A stretch of DNA of 64,000 nt from Promethearchaeota archaeon. Its GTDB lineage: Archaea; Asgardarchaeota; Lokiarchaeia; Sigyniarchaeales; SOKP01. Below the pieces are notes generated by a model. The model saw only the letters and a program-made list of their open reading frames with translations. It searched no databases and had not been told where the DNA came from. Both the position numbers and the translations under genes were made by a program. Below are positions 1 to 10,106 of this stretch, piece by piece (the first letter of the stretch is position 1; the number at the start of each line of letters is the position of its first letter). The stretch covers positions 64,001-128,000 of the forward strand of contig JAHPZE010000006.1 in assembly GCA_019058365.1 (NCBI GenBank), in the 5' to 3' direction.

Positions 1-1212
1 TTCAACATCATTATTTTGAGCAATTTTAAGTGTCATTACATCACAAGCTGCTCCTTGGGGTATAAGGTTTCCACCAATATTTACTGCTATAATTAACGAA
101 TAATATAAAGGGATTGAAGGAAATCCAAAGCCAGTGGGGATAGGAGCTACCAACAAATTTACGATTGGAATAAAAACTAATGCTGTAGGAGTATTAGCAA
201 CAAATCCTGACACAAAACTAACAAGGACCAATATAATTAAACTTACTAGGAAAGGATTTAAATTTTGAAACGGGATTCCTTTAAAAAGTTCATCAAAACC
301 AGCTACTACTAAACAGCCAACAACAACGTATAATGAAATAAAGAAAAATATGATTTCCCATTCAATATCTTTTAAAAATTCACCCATTTTTTTTTTAGTA
401 AATTTTTTATTAATTAATACTAATAAAAATGCTGAAAATGCTGCTGTTAAATAAAGAAATGGTAGAATTGCAAAAAGAACTATAGTAACAATTATTGCAA
501 TACTATTAAAATAAAACATTCTTTTATCTGATATCATTACTTTAGCATCTACTAAATCCAAAACGTATTTTTTTTGAATATCTTCTATTTCTGGTTCTTT
601 ACTCAATTGGAATTTATCTAATAAAAAAACTGTTATGAATAAAAGGAAAAAAGAAAATACCCAATAGTAGGTTATGAAATAAACAGTATCTAGATTAAAT
701 GCAGCGGAGATAATAATATTTTCTCCACTAGAGAATGGAGTTATAATTGATCCTATATTTATACAAATTGTCATTCCTAATAAATAAGTCCCTGCTCTTA
801 TTTTTAAAAAACGACATAAACGTATTACTACTGGTGCTAATATTAATACAACAACAACATCACTAATAATAGATGCTAAAATAGTTGTAATAAAACATAA
901 TAAATAAAAGAATATTTTTCTATTTCCCTTTGAAATTTTAAAAAGTTTTACGGCTAAAAATTCTAAAATATTCGAATCTTGTGCGATTTTAGTGATAATG
1001 CTCATACACAAGATAACTATTATGGCTTCAAATTCAATAAATGATACAAAAGTAGATATTGTTAAACCCTTCGTTATACCAGTAATTGTGCCAGCTGTAA
1101 AACAGCATAATAAAGAAATAGTTACAAAATCTAATTTCTTTGACGAATAACTAATTAATATAATAATAAAAATAATAAATATTACAATAAGGAGCCATGG
1201 ATCTTCCAACAT
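1..1212 (-). CDS. ArsB/NhaD/CitMHS (ion transporter superfamily) membrane permease, truncated by the window edge
   Basis: Not in the ORF track (no stop inside the window). ATG at 1212 gives MLEDPWLLIVI...; hydrophobic throughout, with NIGSIITPFSSGENII and NIGGNLIPQGAACD motifs typical of this superfamily. Confidence 0.8.
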   Translation of the reverse strand, partial: MLEDPWLLIVIFIIFIIILISYSSKKLDFVTISLLCCFTAGTITGITKGLTISTFVSFIEFEAIIVILCMSIITKIAQDSNILEFLAVKLFKISKGNRKIFFYLLCFITTILASIISDVVVVLILAPVVIRLCRFLKIRAGTYLLGMTICINIGSIITPFSSGENIIISAAFNLDTVYFITYYWVFSFFLLFITVFLLDKFQLSKEPEIEDIQKKYVLDLVDAKVMISDKRMFYFNSIAIIVTIVLFAILPFLYLTAAFSAFLLVLINKKFTKKKMGEFLKDIEWEIIFFFISLYVVVGCLVVAGFDELFKGIPFQNLNPFLVSLIILVLVSFVSGFVANTPTALVFIPIVNLLVAPIPTGFGFPSIPLYYSLIIAVNIGGNLIPQGAACDVMTLKIAQNNDVE

Positions 1213-1328
1213 AGTTAATTATAAAGGAATTTATTTATAAAATAATTTTTTTAAAGCTAATTAATAATTTAAATTTGATTAATTATTTGCTGCTTATTCC
1301 TTCTTTTTCAAAATGGAAAGTAAGAACT

Positions 1329-1368
1329 ATTTAAATTAAATGAATTGCAATTTAAATTAAATGAATTG
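1329..1368. repeat. 19-nt perfect direct repeat, two copies, 21-nt period, in a divergent promoter region
   Basis: atttaaattaaatgaattg at 1329-1347 and 1350-1368. Confidence 0.85.
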
Positions 1369-1415
1369 TAGATAATATAATAATTTCGAATTTTCTTAAA
1401 AAGAGAGTATGCATT

Positions 1416-2525
1416 TTGAATGGTGAAGTAATTTTTTTACATTTAAGAGATGTAGGGCGTAGTATTGATTTGAAAAGAGCAATTACAATAATTCCTGCAA
1501 TTCAAGATAAAAAAATTGTCAAGACAAAAGACACACCTTCATACGTGGATTTTCCAGACCCTTTAGTTTTAGAGGTTACTCAGAAGATATCCTCGGAATT
1601 AAAAAATATTGAAAGTATAACTCTCTTTGTTAAAGTATATGCAGAAGGTGTAATATCCTTAATTGCTAGACTTACCTTTCAAAATTTATCTTTTAAGGAA
1701 CTGCATAAATTGAGGAAAATTAACTTTCATACTTCTGATGGAAATTTTCAAATAACTAATTTTTTAGAATATCATAGTAATAAAATTTTTGAACAAATAC
1801 GAGATTGCATAAGCGAAGCGAGTTCTATATTTGAAGAATCAGAATATGAAAAATATACATTATTTTGTATAACTGATGATCTAGAGAACCCTAAAGGTTT
1901 TATTGAAAAAGAAAGAACCTATATATCATCTTTACTTATGGGAGAAAACCCAGAATTAAAACTTAGCCAAGATCAAATCAATAAAACAGTTGAATATACT
2001 TTTTCATTTTTAAATAATGATTTAATCATTTTTGATTTTGACAGATGTTTAATTATTGATCCAAATTGTGATTATGAAGATATTTTACTTGTTGTTGAGA
2101 TAGTTAATTATCAATTACTCGAATTACGTACTTTAGATAAAATCTTAGATAAAAGGCTAACAATAGCAGAAGAAGATATCCGTAAATTTTATTTTAAAAG
2201 TCAAAGCATATTTAGAAGATTTAAAAGAAAAGTTGGACGTTTAATTCAATTAAGATATGATTTATTATTTTTATTAGAAAATATTGAAAATGTCTCAAAA
2301 TTGATTGGAGATTATTATTTAGCCGGGATTTATACATATTTAGCGGATTTATTTCAACTAAAAGAATGGAGTAATAGTATAAGGCATCGCCTTGAAACAT
2401 TAGAAAATATTTATAATATCACACAGACCAATATTAATGAAAAATTTTTGCTTTATATAGAAATTCTACTTAGTTTTATTTTTATAATGGAATTTATACT
2501 ACTCTTGATTAATTACTTTTTATAA
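1416..2525 (+). CDS. RMD1/DUF155-like protein with C-terminal transmembrane helix
   Basis: 369 aa; helical C-terminal half (W..SI..RLE.LE.IY) ending in hydrophobic LLYIEILLSFIFIMEFILL. Confidence 0.55.
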   Translation: MNGEVIFLHLRDVGRSIDLKRAITIIPAIQDKKIVKTKDTPSYVDFPDPLVLEVTQKISSELKNIESITLFVKVYAEGVISLIARLTFQNLSFKELHKLRKINFHTSDGNFQITNFLEYHSNKIFEQIRDCISEASSIFEESEYEKYTLFCITDDLENPKGFIEKERTYISSLLMGENPELKLSQDQINKTVEYTFSFLNNDLIIFDFDRCLIIDPNCDYEDILLVVEIVNYQLLELRTLDKILDKRLTIAEEDIRKFYFKSQSIFRRFKRKVGRLIQLRYDLLFLLENIENVSKLIGDYYLAGIYTYLADLFQLKEWSNSIRHRLETLENIYNITQTNINEKFLLYIEILLSFIFIMEFILLLINYFL

Positions 2526-2554
2526 TTTCTAGATATCCTTATTTATAACTCAAC

Positions 2555-3766
2555 TTACAAGAAAATGTCTGATGCGGGAAAATCCTCTGTCTTTTTTGAC
2601 ATGATTTTTTCTATGGCCATGATAAAATCTTCACCCGAAATAATTTCAGAATTTCTTCTAATGGCATACATTCCTGCTTCTGTACAAATACCTTTAATGT
2701 CAGAACCTGTTGCACCTTGAGTATGAGCACTTAAATAATTTATTTCAATATTTTCTTCAATATGCAGATTTCTCATATGAACTCTAAAGATTGCTTCTCT
2801 GGCTTTTTCATTAGGAATGGGAAATTCTACTATTCGATCAAATCGACCCGGTCTTAATAAAGCTGGATCCAATATATCTGATCTATTTGTTGCCCCTATA
2901 AATTTTATGTCACCTCTTTGATCAAACCCGTCTAATTCACTTAATAGTTGCATTAATGTTCTATTTACTTCTCTATCACCTGAAGTATCATCTTGCATCC
3001 TAACAGCACCTATTGCGTCTAATTCATCTATAAACAAGATAGCAGGTGCTTTCTGTCTTGCTAAACTAAAAATTTCTCTGACATATTGAGCACCTTCACC
3101 TATGAATTTTTGAACTAATTCTGTTGCAACTACTTTAATAAATGTTGCATTTGTTTCATGAGCAACAGCTTTAGCTAGTAAAGTTTTCCCCGTTCCTGGT
3201 AAACCATAAAAAAGAACACCTTTAGGGGGTTCTATCCCAATCTTTTGGAATAATTCAGGTTTTTTCAATGGTAATTCTATTATCTCTTTAACTTCTTGAA
3301 TTTGATACTCTAAACCTCCTATATCATCATAGGAAACGCCAGTTAGACTTTCTATTATTTCCATACCCCTAACAAATGGGTTAAAATTGGAAGGTAATAG
3401 TTCCATTACGGCATAATTTCTTTGATTTAAAGCAACATGTAAACCGGGTACAAGTTTCTCTTTTTGCAATCTATTGCTAATTCTAACAATAAAACTAGCG
3501 CTAGGTGAACTATCTACAACAGCACGGTCATTATTGTCATCTAATATATCAGTTATATGTCCCGATAATAATGGAAGTTCACTTAACCGATCAATTTCTT
3601 CACGTAAACTTTTTATTTCAAATTCTGCTTTTGTTAACCCATTATTTAATAAATTTATTTCGATTTTTCTTTCTTTTATTTTTTCTTCAAGATGCCGTAT
3701 ATATGAAGTTATTTTCTCAACGTTTTCTGGATCTTTTTTACCATTTTCAATTTCTGTAGCGGTCAT
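2555..3766 (-). CDS. pan: Proteasome-activating nucleotidase (AAA+ ATPase)
   Basis: N-terminal coiled coil and OB fold, SYDDIGGL, Walker A GLPGTGKT, pore loop ELVQKFIGEG, Walker B ILFIDELD, SRH ATNRSDILDPALLRPGRFDR. Confidence 0.93.
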   Translation of the reverse strand: MTATEIENGKKDPENVEKITSYIRHLEEKIKERKIEINLLNNGLTKAEFEIKSLREEIDRLSELPLLSGHITDILDDNNDRAVVDSSPSASFIVRISNRLQKEKLVPGLHVALNQRNYAVMELLPSNFNPFVRGMEIIESLTGVSYDDIGGLEYQIQEVKEIIELPLKKPELFQKIGIEPPKGVLFYGLPGTGKTLLAKAVAHETNATFIKVVATELVQKFIGEGAQYVREIFSLARQKAPAILFIDELDAIGAVRMQDDTSGDREVNRTLMQLLSELDGFDQRGDIKFIGATNRSDILDPALLRPGRFDRIVEFPIPNEKAREAIFRVHMRNLHIEENIEINYLSAHTQGATGSDIKGICTEAGMYAIRRNSEIISGEDFIMAIEKIMSKKTEDFPASDIFL

Positions 3767-3798
3767 TTTATTATAGGGCCATGATATTCTAATTATAA

Positions 3799-5733
3799 TT
3801 ATGTTAATCCAATTCTTTTAATAGCTACTTCTAAAATCTTTTTTAACATTTCCTGGTATGGTATATTTGCAAAATTACACATTTTTGCTAGATGACCATC
3901 CCAACACCAACCAGGATTAGGATTTACTTCTAAAAGCTTAGGATTTCCTGAATCATCTAAACGCCAATCAAATCGCGCATAATCTTGACATTCTAATCGT
4001 TCAAATAATTTAAGAGAACAATTTTCAATGATTTCAATAACGTCATGTGAAAGATTTGCAGGAATGGATTTAATATTCCAATAAGGAGAATCTGGTAACC
4101 ATTTTGCCTCATAACCACATATTTTTGGTAAATCTGAAGGCAAATTTGAATAATCTTCCTCGATTATGGGGAGAATAATAAAATTATCTGTTTGATTTCC
4201 GATAATTCCAACCGTGAGATCCTTACCAGTAAGAAATTGTTCAACTAAAACTGGTTTATCATAGCCAAAATTTTCACGAATCTCTGAAATTGCACTTAAT
4301 AATTCCTCTCCATCATTAACAACACTTCTCTGAGTAATTCCAAAACTAGAGTCTCCAAAATTTGGTTTTACAATTGCAGGAAAATATAAGGGTAAATCTA
4401 TTATTTTTTCTTCTGGTTTAATGAAAATAGCTTCAGGAACGGGAATCCCTAATTCTTTTGCAATACCTCGTACTAAGGATTTATCATAACAAAAGGCTAA
4501 ACATTGAGGTCCAGATCCTGTATATGGAAGTTTCAGAATTTCTAGTAAAGCGGGTATATGTAATTCTTTCCTAGCTTCATTGTAATAACCTTCATCACAC
4601 AAATTAAAAACAAAATCAACTTTTCCTTTCAAATTTAATAAATCTTGAATAAGAGTACTGTGATTATCTAAAAATGAAAAACTATAGTCATTAAGCTCCT
4701 TTAGTGCTGTTTTTAATTGAAATATCGTATAGAAATCATCATCATCGAATTTATTTAAGGGTTTAAGTACATCGGGTTTAGTGGGGTCTCCAAAAATAAC
4801 AACACTATTTCTCTTAGCTTTTTTTTCTTTCTTTTTAATCTCTGTCCATTCTTTTTTAACGATAGCGCTAACGATAATCCTTTTTTCCATCATGCCTAAA
4901 TCTTGATCTCGTTGAGACTCAGGAGTAATTGAACCATGGAATTTTACATCACTAAAACCTACGTTTTCTAATAACTCTGAAATTGTTCTTTTTGAGTATA
5001 ATCTTTCCGCATAAAACTGATCCACTAATACTCCTTTATTAACATGGGTTATTACTTCCCGTGAAATCAATTTTTGTTTATCTAAAGATAAAGATCTTTC
5101 TCGGCAAACGAAAAAATTCTTATCAATCCATTCCCATGAACGTGTTTGAAAATTTTGTTTAATGTAATTACCATCAGTTATATCTATTAATATTTTTCCC
5201 CATGGTTTTAAAACACGGAAAACTTCTTTTAATACAAGAAGATCATCATTAATTGATTCAAAATATCCAAAGCTATTACCTAAAATCATGACAAAATCAA
5301 ATGTATCTGGAGTATATTGTAGTTTTCTCGCATCACCTTCACGAAATTTGCATGAAACCCCACTTTTTTTAGCGTTTGATTTGGCTTTTTGAATTAGAAA
5401 TCTTGAACGATCTAATCCATATATATTTTTAAAATTATTATTAGCAAGTTCAATAGAATGTCTTCCTTGACCACAACAGAGATCGAGAATCTGATGTTCT
5501 GGTTGAAAATTCATTATTTTCAAAAAATAGTTCACTTCAAATTCAGTAATTTTTTGATCTTCTACTACATCCCCATCTGTTTTTAGATAATAGGAGTTAA
5601 ATATCCTTTTCCACCAATCTTTTTTGACATATTCTTCTAAGTCAACAACAGGACCAAGACATTTGGATGAATTTTTTTCTTTACTTTCAAAATTTCTTTT
5701 TTTATTATTTATGCTTTCTGCTTGAGAATTCAT
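3799..5733 (-). CDS. Class I SAM methyltransferase fused to a D-Ala-D-Ala-ligase-like ATP-grasp domain
   Basis: N-half LDLCCGQGRH and GNSFGYF; C-half PYTGS, DK, VKP..GDSSFGI, VLVEQFL, YARFDWR, LEVNPNPG. Confidence 0.85.
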   Translation of the reverse strand: MNSQAESINNKKRNFESKEKNSSKCLGPVVDLEEYVKKDWWKRIFNSYYLKTDGDVVEDQKITEFEVNYFLKIMNFQPEHQILDLCCGQGRHSIELANNNFKNIYGLDRSRFLIQKAKSNAKKSGVSCKFREGDARKLQYTPDTFDFVMILGNSFGYFESINDDLLVLKEVFRVLKPWGKILIDITDGNYIKQNFQTRSWEWIDKNFFVCRERSLSLDKQKLISREVITHVNKGVLVDQFYAERLYSKRTISELLENVGFSDVKFHGSITPESQRDQDLGMMEKRIIVSAIVKKEWTEIKKKEKKAKRNSVVIFGDPTKPDVLKPLNKFDDDDFYTIFQLKTALKELNDYSFSFLDNHSTLIQDLLNLKGKVDFVFNLCDEGYYNEARKELHIPALLEILKLPYTGSGPQCLAFCYDKSLVRGIAKELGIPVPEAIFIKPEEKIIDLPLYFPAIVKPNFGDSSFGITQRSVVNDGEELLSAISEIRENFGYDKPVLVEQFLTGKDLTVGIIGNQTDNFIILPIIEEDYSNLPSDLPKICGYEAKWLPDSPYWNIKSIPANLSHDVIEIIENCSLKLFERLECQDYARFDWRLDDSGNPKLLEVNPNPGWCWDGHLAKMCNFANIPYQEMLKKILEVAIKRIGLT

Positions 5734-6566
5734 TATGGTCTTACAATTGGTATTTTAATTTTGATAAAATCTGAAGAAAATAAAGACTTTTTACCTTGAA
5801 TGAAGTTTTTAAGAATTTTATATATTTAATAAAAAGAGTTACACAAAGATTAATCCTTTTTAAAATTTCAATTTTAATATTATATATCATCTATTATTTA
5901 ATCGATTATCCTTAATATGTTATTTAGATTTAATTTTACTTCATTCTATTAAAAATTTATATTTGAAATTAAATATAAATTAATTCATTTAAAAACTTTT
6001 CTCTTAGATTTTTGCCCTCCAAGGCATATTTTAATTAGATTAGATATTATGTAATTAATAAATTAGTTCTTCAATCTTAGAAATCGGATATAAAATTAAT
6101 TTAATGAGATAAATGTGAGTTTAATTTAACACCTTCTCCTCTTTTATTATGCATTTTGGGATATTAGGTGTTTTCTCTAATAATGACTTTTTATTTACTT
6201 TCAAAAGTGATTATTTTACATAAGAGATGATTTTACATTTTGAATTTAGAGAAGAAAATAAAAAATTACTCGATTTTATAATAGATTCTAAAAAGATATT
6301 AAATTTTTAGAATCCAATCAAGAACTATAATTAATTTTTAATTAAAGGAAACAGCATTATTTTATGTATGATAAAAATTAACTGTTATAGTTGCTAAAAG
6401 TAGGCATAATGAATTTTAAATATTTAACAATCTCAATTAATCTTCTTAATTTTAATTATTGTTATTAAAATTAAAAAACTTTATATATTCAATAAGTCTT
6501 TTATCGTAATTGAAAATATATCATTATTTTAATCTATTATAAATATTAAAAAAAGAGGTTAAAATC

Positions 6567-6734
6567 ATGAATACAAAACGAAAAGTTGGAAAGAAAAAAT
6601 TCGAGGAAGAAGATGATTGGGATGAGGACGTAGAATATGATGATAATGAAGGCTGGGATGAAGATTGGGGAGATTATCAAGACTTAGATGAAAATTGGGA
6701 AGATTTTCAAGACTTAAAAGAAAACTTTTTCTAA
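6567..6734 (+). CDS. 55-aa protein, basic N-terminus and Trp-acidic tail (not in ORF track)
   Basis: GAGGT SD-like motif upstream; MNTKRKVGKKKFEEEDDWDEDVEYDDNEGWDEDWGDYQDLDENWEDFQDLKENFF*; purine-rich coding-like composition within AT-rich flanks. Confidence 0.75.
   Translation: MNTKRKVGKKKFEEEDDWDEDVEYDDNEGWDEDWGDYQDLDENWEDFQDLKENFF
6657..6716 (+). repeat. 30-nt tandem duplication (27/30 identical) inside the small acidic ORF
   Basis: gatgaagattggggagattatcaagactta / gatgaaaattgggaagattttcaagactta. Confidence 0.85.
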
Positions 6735-6833
6735 TTGGCTTCAGAATGACGTTATATCTAATTAGATTAATCTATAATATACGAAATGCTTAATTGATCC
6801 CAATTTTTTTGATAAATGATTTAATAAACTAAA

Positions 6834-7514
6834 ATGTTAAATTTAAATAAGAAAATGAAAAAACGAAATTACTTAGCAATTCTAATATTAATCGGCGGAA
6901 AGAGTACTCGTTTTGGTACTGAAAAAGCGATTATTGAGATATATGGTAAACCTTTAATCTTACATCAATTAGAAATTTTAGCTAAAATTGATCAAGATAT
7001 CTTTTTAGTCGCTCATTCTGAAGAACAAATATATAAGTATCAAAAACAAATAAATTTTCCAAAAAATACTAATTTTATAGTAGACGATAGAGATATTTTT
7101 GAATATCCCAAAATTTTCAAACCAATGTTAGGTATATATTCTGGATTTAAAGAATTGAATAGATTAGGCTTTGAAAAAGCATTTGTGTTATCTTGTGATA
7201 TGCCTCTCATTAATCCCGATGTAATTAATTTAATGATAAATGAGTCTGAGGAATTTGAATGTTGTATCCCCAGATGGAGTAATGGCTTTTTAGAGTTGTT
7301 TTTTGCTATTTATCCGGTCGGGAAAGGATATCTAAAAGCCAAAGAAATTCTGATAACTGAAAATTATGGATTAATAAATTTCGTTGATAAGAATTGGAAA
7401 ATAAATTATGTTTCAGTAGAAAACACTATTCAACCTTTAGATAAAAATTTATCAAGTTTGATAAATATTAATGGACCAATAGATATTGATAAATTAATAA
7501 AATTAAATAAATAA
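6834..7514 (+). CDS. mobA: Molybdenum cofactor guanylyltransferase (MobA-like NTP transferase)
   Basis: ILIGGKSTRFGTEKA, PMLGIYSG, LSCDMP, NINGPID. Confidence 0.8.
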   Translation: MLNLNKKMKKRNYLAILILIGGKSTRFGTEKAIIEIYGKPLILHQLEILAKIDQDIFLVAHSEEQIYKYQKQINFPKNTNFIVDDRDIFEYPKIFKPMLGIYSGFKELNRLGFEKAFVLSCDMPLINPDVINLMINESEEFECCIPRWSNGFLELFFAIYPVGKGYLKAKEILITENYGLINFVDKNWKINYVSVENTIQPLDKNLSSLININGPIDIDKLIKLNK

Positions 7515-7556
7515 TGCTTGAATTTATAAAAAAAAATTTAAAACTGGGTTAGTATA

Positions 7557-7961
7557 ATGAGTGGAAATGACTACAAATACTGTAAATTGGAAAATGACGT
7601 TATTTATATAAAAGAGAATTTTAAGAAAAAAGGAAAAGAATATGGCATTGTGAAATTAAATAAAAAACAAATTAATGCACTAACAGAATGTATAAATTTA
7701 CAATCCGTAGCAGCATTAGTTTCTCCAAGATTTAGTCAAAGAATAGAACATTTTCTACTACCTCGAATTGATGAAATTAGTAGAATAGTATATGAATTAA
7801 AGCCATTTCCTGATGAATTGGGAATTGAAATGTCAAAAGAAAATTATTCAGATATTCTTAAAGGACTTAATCTTGGTAGTGTTATTAAAGGCTTAAGAGA
7901 TAGAGGTTATTCTGTAGAGGAATTAAATACAGCACTCAAAAAAATCAAATTTTATAAGTAA
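7557..7961 (+). CDS. Hypothetical protein
   Basis: 134-aa ORF followed by a T-run. Confidence 0.6.
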   Translation: MSGNDYKYCKLENDVIYIKENFKKKGKEYGIVKLNKKQINALTECINLQSVAALVSPRFSQRIEHFLLPRIDEISRIVYELKPFPDELGIEMSKENYSDILKGLNLGSVIKGLRDRGYSVEELNTALKKIKFYK

Positions 7962-7984
7962 ATTAAGTTTTTTAGATTCTCAAA

Positions 7985-7995
7985 TTTTTTTTTTT
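7985..7995 (+). terminator. Oligo-T archaeal-type terminator
   Basis: T11 run about 24 nt after the stop codon. Confidence 0.5.
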
Positions 7996-8237
7996 CAATA
8001 CATATCTTTATCATAAAATAATTTAAACATTTCTTATCTACGCAACAAAAATTATCAAAAAGTAATAGAAATCTAAAATTTCTAGAATATCGATTAACTA
8101 AATTGTTTAAATTTATAGTTCAATATTTCTAAAAAATGAAAATAATAGATAAGTTTATTAAGCTGATACTCTAGTTAGAATATTCAACGGAGTAATATAT
8201 TTAAAATTATTAAAATCTTTAAAAAGTGATATTGTAA

Positions 8238-9155
8238 ATGAAAAGTTATAGAGAACAATTGAACTTTGGAGAAAAAACAGAAGATAAATGTTGTGAAGAT
8301 CAGTGTATAGTTCTTAAAGGGGGTAATAAAGTTTGTTTGAATTGTGGAATGGTATTAGATGTTCATTTGGTTGAAAATGAAAGAAGAGCTTATAATAATG
8401 AAGAAATGGAAAAAAGAAAACAAAATGAACCTAGATGGAGAGAATTTGGATCGAGAACAGTACTTCCTAATCACAAAATAGACTATAAAGGACATTATTT
8501 GAATGCTGAAAAGAAGACCTTGTTTTTACGTTTATCCAAAATTCAAAATTCTTTAATTTCAAGCATAGAAAGAAATTTTTGGGAGGCTAAACCAAAAATG
8601 AAACAGCTTACTTCAAAATTAAATATTCCTGAATATATACACGAAACAGCGTGGAAAATTTACGCTCTCACAGCAAAAAAAAAATTGACAATGGGACGCT
8701 CAATTGAGGGATTTATAGCTGCTTCTTTATACGTTGCTATTAGAGTCCATGAACTTCCAAAGGTATTAGAAGAAATTAGTGATGCTGCTATGATTCCCCG
8801 AAAATCTATAATACATTCATTAGGTTTACTTCTTAAAGAGATTTTACCCGAATTAAACCTTAGTTATAAGCCTATTAGTGTTAAACAATTGATATTTAAA
8901 TTTGGAAATGAATTAGGACTTCCGATAGAAATCCAAAAGAACGCTTTACATTTAGTTTCTATCACATCTAAGAGGGGACTTGCTTTAATAGGTAAAGATC
9001 CAAAAGGACTTGCCGCTTCAGCTATTTATTTAGCTGTAAAATCAACAAATAAAAGGATGACTCAAACTGAAATTGCTAAAGCTGCTAAAATAACAGAAGT
9101 TACATTAAGATCACGAATAAAAGATTTTAAAACCAAACTTGCTTTAGTTGAGTGA
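8238..9155 (+). CDS. tfb: Transcription initiation factor IIB (TFB paralogue)
   Basis: Zn ribbon (CC..VCLNCG), ERRAY, two cyclin repeats GRSIEGFIAASLY and GKDPKGLAASAIY, TQTEIA..ITEVTLRSR. Confidence 0.92.
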   Translation: MKSYREQLNFGEKTEDKCCEDQCIVLKGGNKVCLNCGMVLDVHLVENERRAYNNEEMEKRKQNEPRWREFGSRTVLPNHKIDYKGHYLNAEKKTLFLRLSKIQNSLISSIERNFWEAKPKMKQLTSKLNIPEYIHETAWKIYALTAKKKLTMGRSIEGFIAASLYVAIRVHELPKVLEEISDAAMIPRKSIIHSLGLLLKEILPELNLSYKPISVKQLIFKFGNELGLPIEIQKNALHLVSITSKRGLALIGKDPKGLAASAIYLAVKSTNKRMTQTEIAKAAKITEVTLRSRIKDFKTKLALVE

Positions 9156-9262
9156 TTATATAACTCTAAATTTAATAATTTTCATGACCTTATTTTTCTA
9201 AAAATGAGATAACTGGTTTATTTTTTAAAAATTAAAAAATAATAGTGAAATAGGTTAGATAG

Positions 9263-9850
9263 ATGACTCTTTTTATTGCATTAATGGAAAATCCAATTTT
9301 TGCTCTTATTATTTTACCTTTATTGATACTTACGGCTCGCATTTTTGATGTAACACTTGGAACTTTAAGAATTGTTTTCATATCTCAAGGGAGACGCAAA
9401 TTAGCTCCAATTGTTGGTTTTTTTGAAATATTCATTTGGCTATTAGCAGTGGGTCAGATATTCAATAATTTAACGAATTTTATTTATTACTTTGCATACG
9501 CCGGAGGTTTTGCAATAGGTAACTATGTTGGATTAATAGTTGAAGATAAAATATCTTTAGGTTTATTAAGTTTACAATTAATCATTAGAGAAAATCCGGA
9601 AAATTTAATTGGGCTATTAAAAGAAAATGGGTATAGTTTAACCACAATGTCTGCTGAAGGGGCAAGAGGTATAGTAAAATTAGTATTATTAATTATTAAA
9701 CGAAAAAATCTACCAAAAATCCTAGAGCTTATACGACAGAATAACCCAAAAGCATTTATATCAATTGAACAAGTAAAATCTGTTAAAGGAGGTAATTTTC
9801 CTTCACATACAAAAACTAGATGGGAGCTTTTTAATAGAAGGAAGAGATGA
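9263..9850 (+). CDS. DUF2179/UPF0316 family membrane protein
   Basis: ARIFDVTLGTLR, FFEIFIWL, YAGGFAIGNYVG, NPKAFISI. Confidence 0.85.
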   Translation: MTLFIALMENPIFALIILPLLILTARIFDVTLGTLRIVFISQGRRKLAPIVGFFEIFIWLLAVGQIFNNLTNFIYYFAYAGGFAIGNYVGLIVEDKISLGLLSLQLIIRENPENLIGLLKENGYSLTTMSAEGARGIVKLVLLIIKRKNLPKILELIRQNNPKAFISIEQVKSVKGGNFPSHTKTRWELFNRRKR

Positions 9851-10106
9851 TGGTTCTAATTTAAAATATGGAGCCATATTCTCTTTTTAAATTGAAATTA
9901 AATTAGTATTTGCTATTAAGAATTATTTATTATCTAATAATGAAAAGATCTGTTAATTGATATTAATAAACTTAATTTATTATCATCTTTACCTTATAAA
10001 TAAGATGGATAAGATAGTTTTAATGTTTTTAGTGTAAATAAATTAATTCCGGAATCGATAAAAAAAATAGTAATTGTTAATTTACTTGACAAATATCATT
10101 AAATAA

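Noticed and set aside
1329-1368. CRISPR-like repeat
   Set aside because: Only two 19-nt copies with a 2-nt gap, no spacers and no cas genes
3474-3776. Short antisense or overlapping track ORFs (e.g. 3474, 3505, 10800, 12042, 15732-18506 minus, 19020, 20277, 23820, 24683, 25310, 29455, 32458, 40829, 42925, 44832, 47555, 49340, 49700, 51756, 53236, 55538, 56052, 57119, 57792, 58463, 60489, 60786, 63652)
   Set aside because: They are shadows of well-supported genes, with no motifs and no ribosome-binding sites
5734-6566. Replication origin
   Set aside because: No recognisable ORB repeats and no adjacent cdc6/orc1 gene
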